Below the pieces are notes generated by a model. The model saw only the letters and a program-made list of their open reading frames with translations, was not told where the DNA came from and made no database searches. The translations under genes and the position numbers were made by a program. This document shows, in pieces, positions 1 to 9,601 of a DNA stretch of 64,000 bases. The stretch covers positions 103,364 to 167,363 of IMG/VR virus record IMGVR_UViG_3300035670_000018. The stretch is one strand, 5' to 3'. Source of the DNA: a virus. Each line of letters begins with the position of its first letter. Position 1 is the stretch's first letter.

Positions 1-18
1 GCATACATCATTCTTCCT

Positions 19-489
19 ATGCTGAAACAGCTTAAGGCTACCAAGCACGGCAGCCCTTACATTGATAAGGAAGACCTGCCAGAGCATCTTCGTCTTTCTG
101 AAAGAGAAGAAGCTGTTTTCAATCACGGCTATTATGATAAGAGTCTAAATGCATCCGAAGAAGAACTTGAAGCAGCAAGCGAGAAGTTTCATTCACAGTG
201 GGTTTGGGTTCTTGATCATATGATCTGGAGCTTTGAACAGGAACTTGATGAGGACGAAGGTGATCATAACTTCTATGAACCCTATGCTCCTGATGAAGTT
301 ATCAAGCCACGCATGATCAGTGTCGTTAATAAAGATGGCACCACACTTGAAAAAGAATGGCCGAACTGGTCTGAAGATCGTGAGCGTGAGCGCGGCAAGT
401 TCAGCAAAGAAAAGTATGAGGCTTATCACAAGCGCAAGCAGCTTGGCTTTACTCTCTTCGGCAAATACTATCAGAGTTTGTGGGACTGA
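19..489 (+). CDS. Hypothetical phage protein, probably 5'-truncated by the window edge
   Basis: ORF track; frame is open from position 1. Confidence 0.6.
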   Translation: MLKQLKATKHGSPYIDKEDLPEHLRLSEREEAVFNHGYYDKSLNASEEELEAASEKFHSQWVWVLDHMIWSFEQELDEDEGDHNFYEPYAPDEVIKPRMISVVNKDGTTLEKEWPNWSEDRERERGKFSKEKYEAYHKRKQLGFTLFGKYYQSLWD

Positions 490-492
490 CAA

Positions 493-753
493 ATGAAATG
501 TGAAACATGTAAGACCGAATACAAACCGATGCAAGGTCTTGAAGATACAGATCAAGCATCTGGTTGTGCTGCAACTCTGTATCTACATGGTGGTGTGCAT
601 TATATTCTTGCTCATTATGGTTCGCGGTTTGACATGCAACGATATGCTCTTAAACGCGGATCATTCTATGATACAGGCAACATATGTGACAACTGCATAA
701 ATAACCTTATCAATGAAGGCAAAGCAGGTCTCATTGAAGATGGAGTTTGGTAA
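493..753 (+). CDS. Small Cys-rich hypothetical protein
   Basis: ORF with CxxC pairs, tightly packed in the operon. Confidence 0.55.
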   Translation: MKCETCKTEYKPMQGLEDTDQASGCAATLYLHGGVHYILAHYGSRFDMQRYALKRGSFYDTGNICDNCINNLINEGKAGLIEDGVW

Positions 754-772
754 ACAACAGAAGGAATAGAAC

Positions 773-973
773 ATGGCATATCAGACTATTTCCGAAGAAA
801 TCCTAAAGCAAGCAGCAGAGATTATGGGACCAGACAGCAACTTTCACACAGCATTAAAATGGGGAGAAGAGTATAGACAAGCAGGGATGAACCCTGTATA
901 CTATACAGACGATACCGAGAAAATGGTATTCGTAACAACAGAAGAAAAGATGAGCGGCGTTAAGTTTAACTAA
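773..973 (+). CDS. Hypothetical protein
   Basis: AAGGA SD upstream; operon packing. Confidence 0.55.
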   Translation: MAYQTISEEILKQAAEIMGPDSNFHTALKWGEEYRQAGMNPVYYTDDTEKMVFVTTEEKMSGVKFN

Positions 974-1165
974 TTTGGAGATTGTAATGAATATTCTTGA
1001 AACACAGTGGAAGCAGCGGGCCTTTGATAGTAAGTGGGAAAAGCTTGCTAAGGTTATGGACTACGATAACAAGTATGTCTATAAGTCCGAGTCGGGTGGC
1101 AATCTGACTTACATTCCCACAAAGTGGGTCACTGTTGGTGTGTTTGACTATGTGGGGGAACTTGA

Positions 1166-1465
1166 ATGAATATTAAGATTATCAAGCTAATCAATGGTGA
1201 AGACCTGATTGCAAAGGTTCTTCCTTCATCTAGTGAAGTGGTAAAGGTAGAAAATCCTGTTCGCATTGTTGTGATGCCAAACAAGATTGATCCAAAGACA
1301 CCAAATGTTGGTCTTGCTCCTTGGGCAGAGTTCAGTGATGAGAAGGTCTTTCATCTTGACAAATCACATGTATTGTGTATAATGACGCCTGTAAAAGAGT
1401 TTGTCAATCAATACAATACCATCTTTGGTGGACTCGTATTACCTAACTCTGGATTGGTTACTTAA
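1166..1465 (+). CDS. Conserved T4-like small protein (Sm-like fold suspected)
   Basis: IKIIKLINGEDLIA N-terminus resembles small proteins found next to gp43 in T4-like phages. Confidence 0.55.
   Translation: MNIKIIKLINGEDLIAKVLPSSSEVVKVENPVRIVVMPNKIDPKTPNVGLAPWAEFSDEKVFHLDKSHVLCIMTPVKEFVNQYNTIFGGLVLPNSGLVT
1356..1384 (+). promoter_or_regulatory. Sigma70-type promoter upstream of the DNA polymerase gene
   Basis: TTGACA-N17-TATAAT inside the upstream ORF. Confidence 0.7.
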
Positions 1466-1476
1466 CAAGGAATATA

Positions 1477-4029
1477 ATGACCGACTTTTACACTAACGTT
1501 CAAGTGTATGGTTCCAGAATTCTTTATAGAGGTGTAGAAAACGGCAGGAAAGTAAGACGCAAGATCGATTACTTTCCTACTTTTTTTGTGCCTGCTAAGA
1601 GTAAGACTGACTGGACTACCATTCACGGTGAGTATGTATCAGAACTGAAGCCAGGTAACATTCGTGATGCGCGAGACTTCATCAAGCAATACGAAGATGT
1701 TGATGGCTTCAAGATTTATGGCAACAACAAGTATGAGTATGCGTTCATCGGAGATACATTTGCCGATGACATTGAGTGGGATCTATCTCATATCAACATT
1801 ACCAATATTGACATTGAGGTAGGCTCAGAGAATGGTTTTCCTGAGCCTGCAACTGCATCTGAACCTATCACCGCAATCACGTTCAAGAATAAGAATAAGT
1901 TTGTGGTGTTAGGTTGTGGTGCATTTGATAATCGTCGTGAAGATGTTTGGTACATTCAGTGTCGTGATGAAGCCGATTTGCTAAATAAGTTTCTTGATGA
2001 GTGGACATTCGATTATCCAGATATCATCACTGGTTGGAATGTCAAGTTCTTTGATATTCCCTATCTTGTTAATCGGATCACCAAGATCCTTGGTGAAGTA
2101 GATGCAAAACGTCTTTCGCCGTGGCTTAATCTTGATGAGCGCCGTGTAGTCATCATGGGTCGTGAACAGATTGCATTCGTGCCTTCTGGTATCTCGGTGC
2201 TTGACTACATTGAACTCTATAAGAAGTTTGCTCCTGGTGGTCAGTCTCAAGAGTCATATAAGCTTGATGCTATCTGTAATGTAGAACTTGGTGAGCGTAA
2301 GCTTTCATATGAAGAGTATGGTTCGCTCCATACTCTTTACAAGGACAACTATCAGAAGTTCATTGAGTATAACATTCGTGACGTGGAACTGGTTGGTAAG
2401 CTTGAAGATAAGTTGCGATTGATTGAACTTGCGCTCACTCTGGCTTATGATTCCAAGTCTAACTACGATGATGTGTTCACACAGGTGCGTATGTGGGATA
2501 ACATCATATATAATTATCTGAAGAAGAAGAACATGGTCGTTCCTCCGATCATTAGGCATTCTAAGGATGCAGCGTATGTTGGTGCGTTTGTGAAAGATCC
2601 ATTGATTGGTATTCACAAGTGGATTGCAAGCTTTGACTTGAATTCACTGTATCCACATTTGATTATGCAGTACAATATCAGCCCTGATACACTGATTGAA
2701 CCTGCAAACTATGATGGTACTATGAGAGAGTTTATCTCACGAAACAATGTGACGATTGATTCACTCTTGAACCAAGAATGTAAGACTAGCGTCCTTAAGG
2801 TTGCTAATGTGACATTGACACCGAATGGCCAGTTCTTCACGAAAGAGAAGCACGGGTTCTTACCTGAAATCATGGAGACAATGTACAATGATAGGTCTGC
2901 GTACAAGAAGAAAGCTATCGCAGCTAAACAAGAAGCTGAACGCGAAACAGATCCAGGAAGAAAAGTTGAAATTGAAAAAAGAATCGCTAGGTTCAACAAT
3001 CTTCAATTGGCTAAAAAAGTTTCTCTGAACTCGGCCTATGGTGCTTTGGGTAATGAGTTCTTCCGCTTCTTTGATGTAAGACAGGCTTCTGCTATCACAA
3101 CAGCAGGTCAGTTGTCTATTCGCTGGATTGAGAATAAGCTAAATGATTATATGAACAAGCTACTCAAAACGGAGAATGAAGACTATGTTATTGCATCGGA
3201 TACGGATAGCATCTATCTCTCTCTTGATAAACTGGTCAGCAAGACTATTGTTGAGCAGAACCCAGATGCTAGTACAAAGCAAATCATCAAGTTCATGGAT
3301 AAGGTTTGTGAAGATCGCATTCAACCGTTTATTGACAAAGCTTATGCTGAACTTGCTGAGTATATTAATGCCTACGAACAAAAGATGCAAATGAAGCGTG
3401 AGGCTCTTGCTGACAAGGGTATCTGGACAGCAAAGAAGCGTTACATCATGAACGTTTACAATAACGAAGGCGTTGAGTATGCGAAGCCGAAAGTAAAGGT
3501 GATGGGCTTGGAAGTAAAGAAATCTTCCACACCAGCATTCTTTCGAGATAAGATGGAAGAGTGTATTCATATCATGCTCAACTCCACAGAAGACAAGCTG
3601 ATTAGCTATGTTGAATCTGTGCGAGACGAAATGAAGAAAGCCTTGATTTCGGACATTGCATTTCCTCGTGGTGTCAATGGACTTGAGAAGTTTAGTGATG
3701 CTAAGATGATATATGGCAAAGGTTGTCCGATACATGTTAGAGGCGCTCTTGTTTACAATCATATGCTTTCGGCCAAGAAACTGAACAAAGTGTATCCACA
3801 AATCAATGAGGGTGAAAAAATCAAGTTCATCTACATGAAAGAGCCGAATCCTATTCGCAGTAATGTCATTGCCTTTCCAATGTCTCTGCCTAAAGAGTTT
3901 GGTATCGATTCATATGTTGACTATGAAACACAGTTTCTAAAGGCTTTCGTTGAACCAATCAAGATCATAACTGAAAGCATAGGATGGAAAACTGAAAGTG
4001 TATCCAGTTTAGAAGATTTTTTCTTGTAA
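1477..4029 (+). CDS. gp43: Family B DNA polymerase (T4 gp43-like)
   Basis: Exo DIE and GWNxxxFD motifs; DLNSLYP, KxxLNSAYG and SDTDS polymerase motifs; C-terminal SLEDFF clamp-binding peptide. Confidence 0.98.
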   Translation: MTDFYTNVQVYGSRILYRGVENGRKVRRKIDYFPTFFVPAKSKTDWTTIHGEYVSELKPGNIRDARDFIKQYEDVDGFKIYGNNKYEYAFIGDTFADDIEWDLSHINITNIDIEVGSENGFPEPATASEPITAITFKNKNKFVVLGCGAFDNRREDVWYIQCRDEADLLNKFLDEWTFDYPDIITGWNVKFFDIPYLVNRITKILGEVDAKRLSPWLNLDERRVVIMGREQIAFVPSGISVLDYIELYKKFAPGGQSQESYKLDAICNVELGERKLSYEEYGSLHTLYKDNYQKFIEYNIRDVELVGKLEDKLRLIELALTLAYDSKSNYDDVFTQVRMWDNIIYNYLKKKNMVVPPIIRHSKDAAYVGAFVKDPLIGIHKWIASFDLNSLYPHLIMQYNISPDTLIEPANYDGTMREFISRNNVTIDSLLNQECKTSVLKVANVTLTPNGQFFTKEKHGFLPEIMETMYNDRSAYKKKAIAAKQEAERETDPGRKVEIEKRIARFNNLQLAKKVSLNSAYGALGNEFFRFFDVRQASAITTAGQLSIRWIENKLNDYMNKLLKTENEDYVIASDTDSIYLSLDKLVSKTIVEQNPDASTKQIIKFMDKVCEDRIQPFIDKAYAELAEYINAYEQKMQMKREALADKGIWTAKKRYIMNVYNNEGVEYAKPKVKVMGLEVKKSSTPAFFRDKMEECIHIMLNSTEDKLISYVESVRDEMKKALISDIAFPRGVNGLEKFSDAKMIYGKGCPIHVRGALVYNHMLSAKKLNKVYPQINEGEKIKFIYMKEPNPIRSNVIAFPMSLPKEFGIDSYVDYETQFLKAFVEPIKIITESIGWKTESVSSLEDFFL

Positions 4030-4035
4030 ACACTG

Positions 4036-4085
4036 ACTTGACTATCTCAAAATACTAAATAGAAGTGAAGAGGAGATAGTCAAGT
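4036..4085 (+). promoter_or_regulatory. Late promoter (TACTAAATA) inside a 13-bp hairpin that sequesters the endonuclease RBS and start codon
   Basis: ACTTGACTATCTC (4036-4048) pairs with GAGATAGTCAAGT (4073-4085); TACTAAATA at 4053-4061 lies in the loop. Confidence 0.75.
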
Positions 4086-4752
4086 GAAATACAACTTCTA
4101 CAAAATCATCAATAAGGCAAACGATAAGTCATACATAGGTATGACGAAGCGCGACATTGAGACACGATATCAGGAACACATTAGATGTGCCCTAAGCAAT
4201 CACGATCTAAACAACGATTACATCATGCCATTATATAACGCAATAAGAAAGTATGGAATCGACTCGTTTCATATCGTAGAACTCGATTCTACAGAACTTT
4301 CATCTCACAGAGATGCAGAGATATATGAAGGTAAACTGATAACAGAGAATGCATCACTATTACACATGAATGGTTATAATCTTAATCACATGAACGAAAA
4401 TGGCACAAGAACATATGAAGCACACATCAAAACAAAGATCGTAGAAAACAATACTGGTAAAAACAATCCTTTCTTCGGCAAGAAACACAGTGATGAGACG
4501 CGAAAGAAGATGTCAGATAAGGCAAAGAAAAGACTGTCTGATCCTAAAAACAATCCGCGATATGGTTATCAATACACAGAAGAAGATAGAGCAAAACACA
4601 GAGAGTCGAAAAGAAAGTTCGGTAAACCTTTCATGGCCGAAGGCATTCGATATCAGACATTATGTGAAGCATCAATGAGGTATAATGTGACGAAACAGGC
4701 AATACAGTTTAGATTGAAATCTAACACATATGAAGATTGGTATTGGTTATGA
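4084..4752 (+). CDS. Free-standing GIY-YIG homing endonuclease with NUMOD3-type repeats
   Basis: FYKI...SYIGMT motif; NPFFGKKHSDETRKKMS repeat. Confidence 0.9.
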   Translation: MKYNFYKIINKANDKSYIGMTKRDIETRYQEHIRCALSNHDLNNDYIMPLYNAIRKYGIDSFHIVELDSTELSSHRDAEIYEGKLITENASLLHMNGYNLNHMNENGTRTYEAHIKTKIVENNTGKNNPFFGKKHSDETRKKMSDKAKKRLSDPKNNPRYGYQYTEEDRAKHRESKRKFGKPFMAEGIRYQTLCEASMRYNVTKQAIQFRLKSNTYEDWYWL

Positions 4753-5288
4753 GTCTGGAACAGTTCACAAGACTGGCTGGCTCAGGGAATCCTAATCGTG
4801 AGAAGGATGACTTCTACGCGACTCCAGATTGGGCTATCGACGCTCTTCTGGATCGCGAGAAGTTTGAAGGTGAAATCTGGGAACCTGCATGTGGTGATGG
4901 TGCTATCTGTAAAAGGTTACAGCAATATGGATACAATCACATCTACGCAACCGATCTGATTGACAGAGGATATGGTGATGCTCATTTTGATTTCATGAAT
5001 AGCAATCGAAAGACAGACAACATCATTACCAATCCTCCATTTAAGATTGGAACCAAGTTTACACTTCATGCTCTTAATCTAGCCAATGATAAGGTAGTCA
5101 TGTTCAATAAGCTTTCTTTTCTTGAAGGGAAAGAAAGAAGAGATAGACTTTACTCTTTGAATATGCTAGAATGCTGTTATGTTTTTGGTGAACGAGTTGG
5201 ATTTAATGGTGGAGGTGGTATGTTGGCCTTCGCATGGTTCGTGTTCAACAAAAAGTATAATGGTAAATCAAGATTGGAATGGATATGA
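4749..5288 (+). CDS. DNA amino-methyltransferase (N6-adenine/N4-cytosine)
   Basis: DFYATP, EPACGDG SAM-binding motif, NPPF catalytic motif. Confidence 0.85.
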   Translation: MSLEQFTRLAGSGNPNREKDDFYATPDWAIDALLDREKFEGEIWEPACGDGAICKRLQQYGYNHIYATDLIDRGYGDAHFDFMNSNRKTDNIITNPPFKIGTKFTLHALNLANDKVVMFNKLSFLEGKERRDRLYSLNMLECCYVFGERVGFNGGGGMLAFAWFVFNKKYNGKSRLEWI

Positions 5289-5857
5289 GATGTAACTGTG
5301 ACGCATCATGTGGTGAGAATCGATATCACAACGTTGGTGATCGTGAATGTAGATTCCATACGGTAGAAGAATATGAAGCATATTGGGGCATTAAAAAGAC
5401 TATACTACCTGAACCAGAACGAAAGTTTTCAGACAAATATCGGGAAAAAATACAAGAGTTGAAAGACATGACAGATTATAGAGACTTTGATGAAATCATG
5501 GAACAGATTGCAGCGGAACGTAAGCAGCCTTATATTCAATCAATGAAGCGCCCTTGGGGTGAGTGGCATGTGCTTGATGTAGATCGCGGATACAAGGTCA
5601 AGCGTCTTGAGATTCTACCTGATCAGGCCATCTCGCTTCAGTATCACAATCATCGCAGTGAGCATTGGACGATTGTGCAGGGCAAAGGTAAGGTCATTGT
5701 TGATGGCAATATCTTTACCGTTGAAAAGGGAGAATCGTTTCATGTTCCTCGCATGGCTCTTCACAAGATCACGAATACTCACCTAACTGAAACTTTGATT
5801 GCTATTGAAGTGCAGATGGGTGAGATATGCAGCGAAGACGATATCGTTCGTTGCTAA
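5279..5857 (+). CDS. Cupin protein, mannose-6-phosphate isomerase type II C-terminal-like; true start may be internal
   Basis: RPWG...SLQYHNHRSEHW...EVQMG...EDDIVR. Confidence 0.85.
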   Translation: MDMRCNCDASCGENRYHNVGDRECRFHTVEEYEAYWGIKKTILPEPERKFSDKYREKIQELKDMTDYRDFDEIMEQIAAERKQPYIQSMKRPWGEWHVLDVDRGYKVKRLEILPDQAISLQYHNHRSEHWTIVQGKGKVIVDGNIFTVEKGESFHVPRMALHKITNTHLTETLIAIEVQMGEICSEDDIVRC

Positions 5858-5910
5858 ATAAAGCGTCACGGAGATACGTGACATTAACATAGACATAAAG
5901 GAGATACGAT

Positions 5911-6963
5911 ATGTCAAATCTATTCAACTCTCTACTAAAGGAGATCGACAATGAGTATGCGGGAATTGCTGATGAAGGAGTGGAAGCTGGCGATGTTACT
6001 GGCTTTATTGGCACTGGTAGCTACAGTCTCAATGCCCTCCTTTCTGGCAGCATTTACGGAGGTCTTCCTGCCAATAAAGTCACAGCACTCGCTGGAGAAC
6101 CTTCTACAGGAAAGACCTTCTATGCAATCAACATTGTCAGGCAGTTCCTCAGAGACAACGACAACGGATTCGTTTTCTACTTTGAATCCGAATCTGCTAT
6201 ATCTAAACAAATGCTGGCAGATCGTGGAGTTGACACCAAGAGAGTTGCAGTTGTGCCAGTCGCAACTATCCAAGAGTTTAGAACTCAAGCAGTAAAGATC
6301 CTCGACAAGTACATTGCAGACAAGGAAAGCAAAGAGCGTCCTCCAATGCTGTTCGTTCTCGACTCACTTGGCAATCTTTCTACTGACAAAGAAATGGCCG
6401 ACATTGCTGACGGCAAAGACACACGCGACATGACACGCGCACAGCTTGTTCGTGGTGCATTCCGTGTTCTTACATTGAAGCTTGGTAAGGCAAAGGTGCC
6501 TCTCATCGTGACCAATCACGTTTATGATGTAGTTGGATCATATGTGCCGACCAAGAAGATGGGTGGTGGTTCTGGTCTAGAGTATGCTGCATCTACTATT
6601 CTGTTTCTCTCTAAGAAGAAAGACAAGGACAAGGACGGTGGTGTGTCTGGTGCTATCATCACAGCAAATCTAAAGAAGGCACGACTGACGATTGAGAACA
6701 AGAAAGTAGAGACGTTACTTGATTATGCAACCGGTCTTGATCCTTATTATGGACTTCTTGACCTTGCTGAGAAGTTTGGAATCATTAAGAAAGTCTCAAC
6801 AAGATACGAACTACCGGATGGCACTAAAGCTTTTGAATCAGTCATTCTGATGAACCCAGAAAAGTATTTCACAAAGGACATTCTTGACCAGATTGATGAA
6901 GCATGTAAGAATGAGTTTTTGTATGGCAAGTCTAGTGTCACTGATGTGGAGGATGCATCATGA
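5911..6963 (+). CDS. uvsX: RecA-like recombinase UvsX
   Basis: GEPSTGKT Walker A, LDSLG, MGGGSG; T4 gene order. Confidence 0.95.
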   Translation: MSNLFNSLLKEIDNEYAGIADEGVEAGDVTGFIGTGSYSLNALLSGSIYGGLPANKVTALAGEPSTGKTFYAINIVRQFLRDNDNGFVFYFESESAISKQMLADRGVDTKRVAVVPVATIQEFRTQAVKILDKYIADKESKERPPMLFVLDSLGNLSTDKEMADIADGKDTRDMTRAQLVRGAFRVLTLKLGKAKVPLIVTNHVYDVVGSYVPTKKMGGGSGLEYAASTILFLSKKKDKDKDGGVSGAIITANLKKARLTIENKKVETLLDYATGLDPYYGLLDLAEKFGIIKKVSTRYELPDGTKAFESVILMNPEKYFTKDILDQIDEACKNEFLYGKSSVTDVEDAS

Positions 6964-7316
6964 TTCTAGGAACAGATTTCAGATTCAGCAATGTCTATAA
7001 TACTGACACTTCTGCAATTGAACTATTGACAGAAGCATACAAGGGTGTTATATTTCGCTTTACGAATGTTGGTGTTCGTGAGAATGATGATGGAACAGCA
7101 ACTCTTAGATTCTCATATGAGATCCTTTCTCCTGGCAAGTTCAAGGAAGAGAAGCTTAGAGATGATCAATACTTTGAACAACATCTTGGACTGATCCTTA
7201 ATACCTTAATTCTAGACATTGTGGAGTTAGAGAGTGCAGATAGAGAAAGTTATACTGAAGAATCTGTTGATGAAAGAATCGTACACTCGGAAGACTCTAC
7301 CGTTTCTGAAAAGTGA
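6960..7316 (+). CDS. Probable head vertex assembly chaperone (gp40-like)
   Basis: Lies between uvsX and gp41 as in T4; similar size. Confidence 0.55.
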   Translation: MILGTDFRFSNVYNTDTSAIELLTEAYKGVIFRFTNVGVRENDDGTATLRFSYEILSPGKFKEEKLRDDQYFEQHLGLILNTLILDIVELESADRESYTEESVDERIVHSEDSTVSEK

Positions 7317-8616
7317 ATACTTCACGAATGAGGTTGAACGTAACATATTCAACGAAATTCGTGACTTCACTATCAAGTATAACAATCTACCAACCGCAGA
7401 TGCATTGAAGATTGAGGTTGATTCGCTTCGTAATCTTACAGCGGATCAAGCAAGAGATGCTGCCAAGCTTATTGATGATTTACAAAACGACAATGTAGAT
7501 ACCAATATTGATTGGCTCATTGATAGCACTGAAAAGTTCTGTCAAGAAAAAGCAATCTACAATGCAATCATGCAGTCCATTGATATCATGAACAACAAGG
7601 GTGGCGCTCTCACAAAGGGCGCCATCCCTGATCTTCTGACACAAGCACTTGCTATCTCATTTGATCCTAATGTTGGTCACGACTATCTTGAAGACTTTGA
7701 AGAACGTTATGAGTATTACCATCGCGTAGAACACAAGATTCCTTTTGATCTTGATTTCTTCAACAAGATCACCAAGAATGGTTTCAGCAAGAAGACACTC
7801 AACATCTTTCTTGCTGGTACTGGTGTTGGTAAGTCTCTGACGATGTGTCATATCGCTGCTGCTGCACTCGCTCAAGGCAAGAATGTATTGTATATCACTC
7901 TTGAATTGGCCGAAGAAGAGGTTGCAAAACGTATTGACGCAAATCTGATGAACATCACCATTGATGATCTTCTACAGTTGCCGCAAGACTTGTATATGAA
8001 GAAAGCTGCTGTTCTCAAAAATAAGTCTCAAGGCAAGTTGATTGTGAAAGAGTATCCGACTGCATCTGCTTCTACACTGCATTTCAAAGCATTGTTGAAT
8101 GAGTTGCATTTGAAGAAATCGTTTCAGCCAGATATCATCTTTGTTGACTATCTCAACATCTGTGCTTCTGCAAGAATCAAACCTGGTGGTAATGTGAATA
8201 GTTATACATACATCAAGGCTATCGCAGAAGAGTTGCGTGGGCTTGCTGTTGAGTTTGAAGTTCCATTGGTATCTGCTACTCAGACAAACAGAACAGGCTT
8301 CACAAGCACCGATGTTGGTCTTGAAGATACATCTGAATCGTTTGGTCTACCTGCAACTGCTGACTTCATGGCTGCTCTAATCTCTACTGAACAGCTTCAA
8401 GAGTTGAACCAAATCATGGTAAAGCAGTTGAAGAATCGCTATGCTGATCCAGCAACAAACAAGAGATTTGTCATTGGAATCGACAGAGCAAAAATGAAGC
8501 TGTATGATGTAGAGCAATCTGCACAGGTAGATATTGTTGACAGTGGCCAAAAACAAGGAGCAGATGATAAGATGGTAAACCGTATGACAAACAAGTTCAA
8601 ATCTTTGAAGGTGTGA
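7234..8616 (+). CDS. gp41: Replicative DnaB-like helicase gp41
   Basis: AGTGVGKS Walker A, VDYLNI, SESFGLPATAD, KQLKNRY. Confidence 0.97.
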   Translation: MQIEKVILKNLLMKESYTRKTLPFLKSEYFTNEVERNIFNEIRDFTIKYNNLPTADALKIEVDSLRNLTADQARDAAKLIDDLQNDNVDTNIDWLIDSTEKFCQEKAIYNAIMQSIDIMNNKGGALTKGAIPDLLTQALAISFDPNVGHDYLEDFEERYEYYHRVEHKIPFDLDFFNKITKNGFSKKTLNIFLAGTGVGKSLTMCHIAAAALAQGKNVLYITLELAEEEVAKRIDANLMNITIDDLLQLPQDLYMKKAAVLKNKSQGKLIVKEYPTASASTLHFKALLNELHLKKSFQPDIIFVDYLNICASARIKPGGNVNSYTYIKAIAEELRGLAVEFEVPLVSATQTNRTGFTSTDVGLEDTSESFGLPATADFMAALISTEQLQELNQIMVKQLKNRYADPATNKRFVIGIDRAKMKLYDVEQSAQVDIVDSGQKQGADDKMVNRMTNKFKSLKV

Positions 8617-8617
8617 T

Positions 8618-8854
8618 ATGAATGATAAGATAGAACTCAGACAAAAGTTTGAAGATATAGACATATCAGATCCGTCAAAGCTAAAAGATGAAGACTTTGT
8701 TAAGATTTGGGTAAAAGACTGTTATCGCTGGCATGATAGACTACTGACCGGCAATTATCAGCACTACTGTCCAGACTGGGACTATCTACCGATTGATGAT
8801 ACATGTATGGAATTTGAAGCTTGCACTTGTAATAAGGAAACCAGCGATGAGTAA
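8618..8854 (+). CDS. Hypothetical protein
   Basis: ORF track; operon packing. Confidence 0.5.
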   Translation: MNDKIELRQKFEDIDISDPSKLKDEDFVKIWVKDCYRWHDRLLTGNYQHYCPDWDYLPIDDTCMEFEACTCNKETSDE

Positions 8855-9086
8855 GTATTACGTTCTGCCTCTTGAAACTGACGAACATGATTTCATTTGG
8901 TGCGTCATGGAAAATCAAACCGAACAATTGATTCAAGCCTTTGGATTTGAGGAAGACGCATTAGAGTATGCTAATTTTCTAGAAGATGGTGGTGCATTTG
9001 CCGGTTTTACTCCTTCATTTGTTCTACGTGAGGTTGTAATCCAGAAAGACATGAACAAGGAATTTACTTCTTTCATATCTGAATAA
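8847..9086 (+). CDS. Hypothetical T4-like protein
   Basis: AAGGA SD; GGAFAGFTP motif. Confidence 0.55.
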   Translation: MSKYYVLPLETDEHDFIWCVMENQTEQLIQAFGFEEDALEYANFLEDGGAFAGFTPSFVLREVVIQKDMNKEFTSFISE

Positions 9087-9094
9087 CAAGACAC

Positions 9095-9335
9095 AGGAAA
9101 GCGGCTGGAGAGCGTTCCGGAAGACGGTTGCTACGGATCTATCAACCCCAGAACCCTCGCTCCAGCCGCTTCCTACCTCATTCCAAACGATCCCAATAAA
9201 ATCAATGACTTAGCCACCATATAAATCAATGACTTAGCCTATGCGTCTGGTGCATATCTGCTATGCGGAGATAACCCTTGAAAATCGGGGTTGCCGACCC
9301 CATATCTAGTATGTAACAAGAGAAGAGGTATTCCA
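9095..9335 (+). repeat. Composite element copy 1: hairpin, tandem IHF sites, LysR-like box and promoter
   Basis: 9158-9335 aligns with 57692-57865; AATCAATGACTTA at 9200 and 9224. Confidence 0.85.
9241..9307 (+). promoter_or_regulatory. Repeated promoter copy 1: ATGC-N7-GCAT-N7-ATGC-N10-CTTGAA-N15-CCCCATATCT
   Basis: Seven aligned copies in the window. Confidence 0.8.
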
Positions 9336-9536
9336 TGTGAGTGTTCGCGATGTTCGGTTCTATTCATTATGAGGGCGATGACTTGCTCGGCGTATACTCT
9401 ACCCTTGAAGCGGCCCGCGCTGCTCGGGACACGTATCAGTTGCAAGAACGTCAGTATGAGTATGACGAGTTTCGTATTCGCGCTCTGGATGTAGACGCTG
9501 CGGCTTATGCCGTGCCGTTCTTCACCTCGCTCTGAT

Positions 9537-9601
9537 ATGCGTTCCGCGCATATCAGACATGCGTTTGCTGCTCTTGATAATCTGATCGACCGACACTATC
9601 T
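9537..9601 (+). promoter_or_regulatory. Repeated promoter copy 2
   Basis: ATGC-N7-GCAT-N7-ATGC-N10-CTTGAT-N15-CACTATCT. Confidence 0.75.

Noticed and set aside
1981-3801. Long minus-strand ORFs inside gp43, and similar ones inside nrdJ and the 1309-aa gene
   Set aside because: Antisense shadows of the real genes with no motifs.
1477-4029. Intein or intron in the DNA polymerase, RNR or helicase
   Set aside because: Normal lengths, contiguous motifs and no splice-junction signatures.
9198-9240. Tandem AAATCAATGACTTAGCC repeats as a mini CRISPR array
   Set aside because: Only two short units with about 7-nt gaps and no cas genes; they fit the IHF consensus better.
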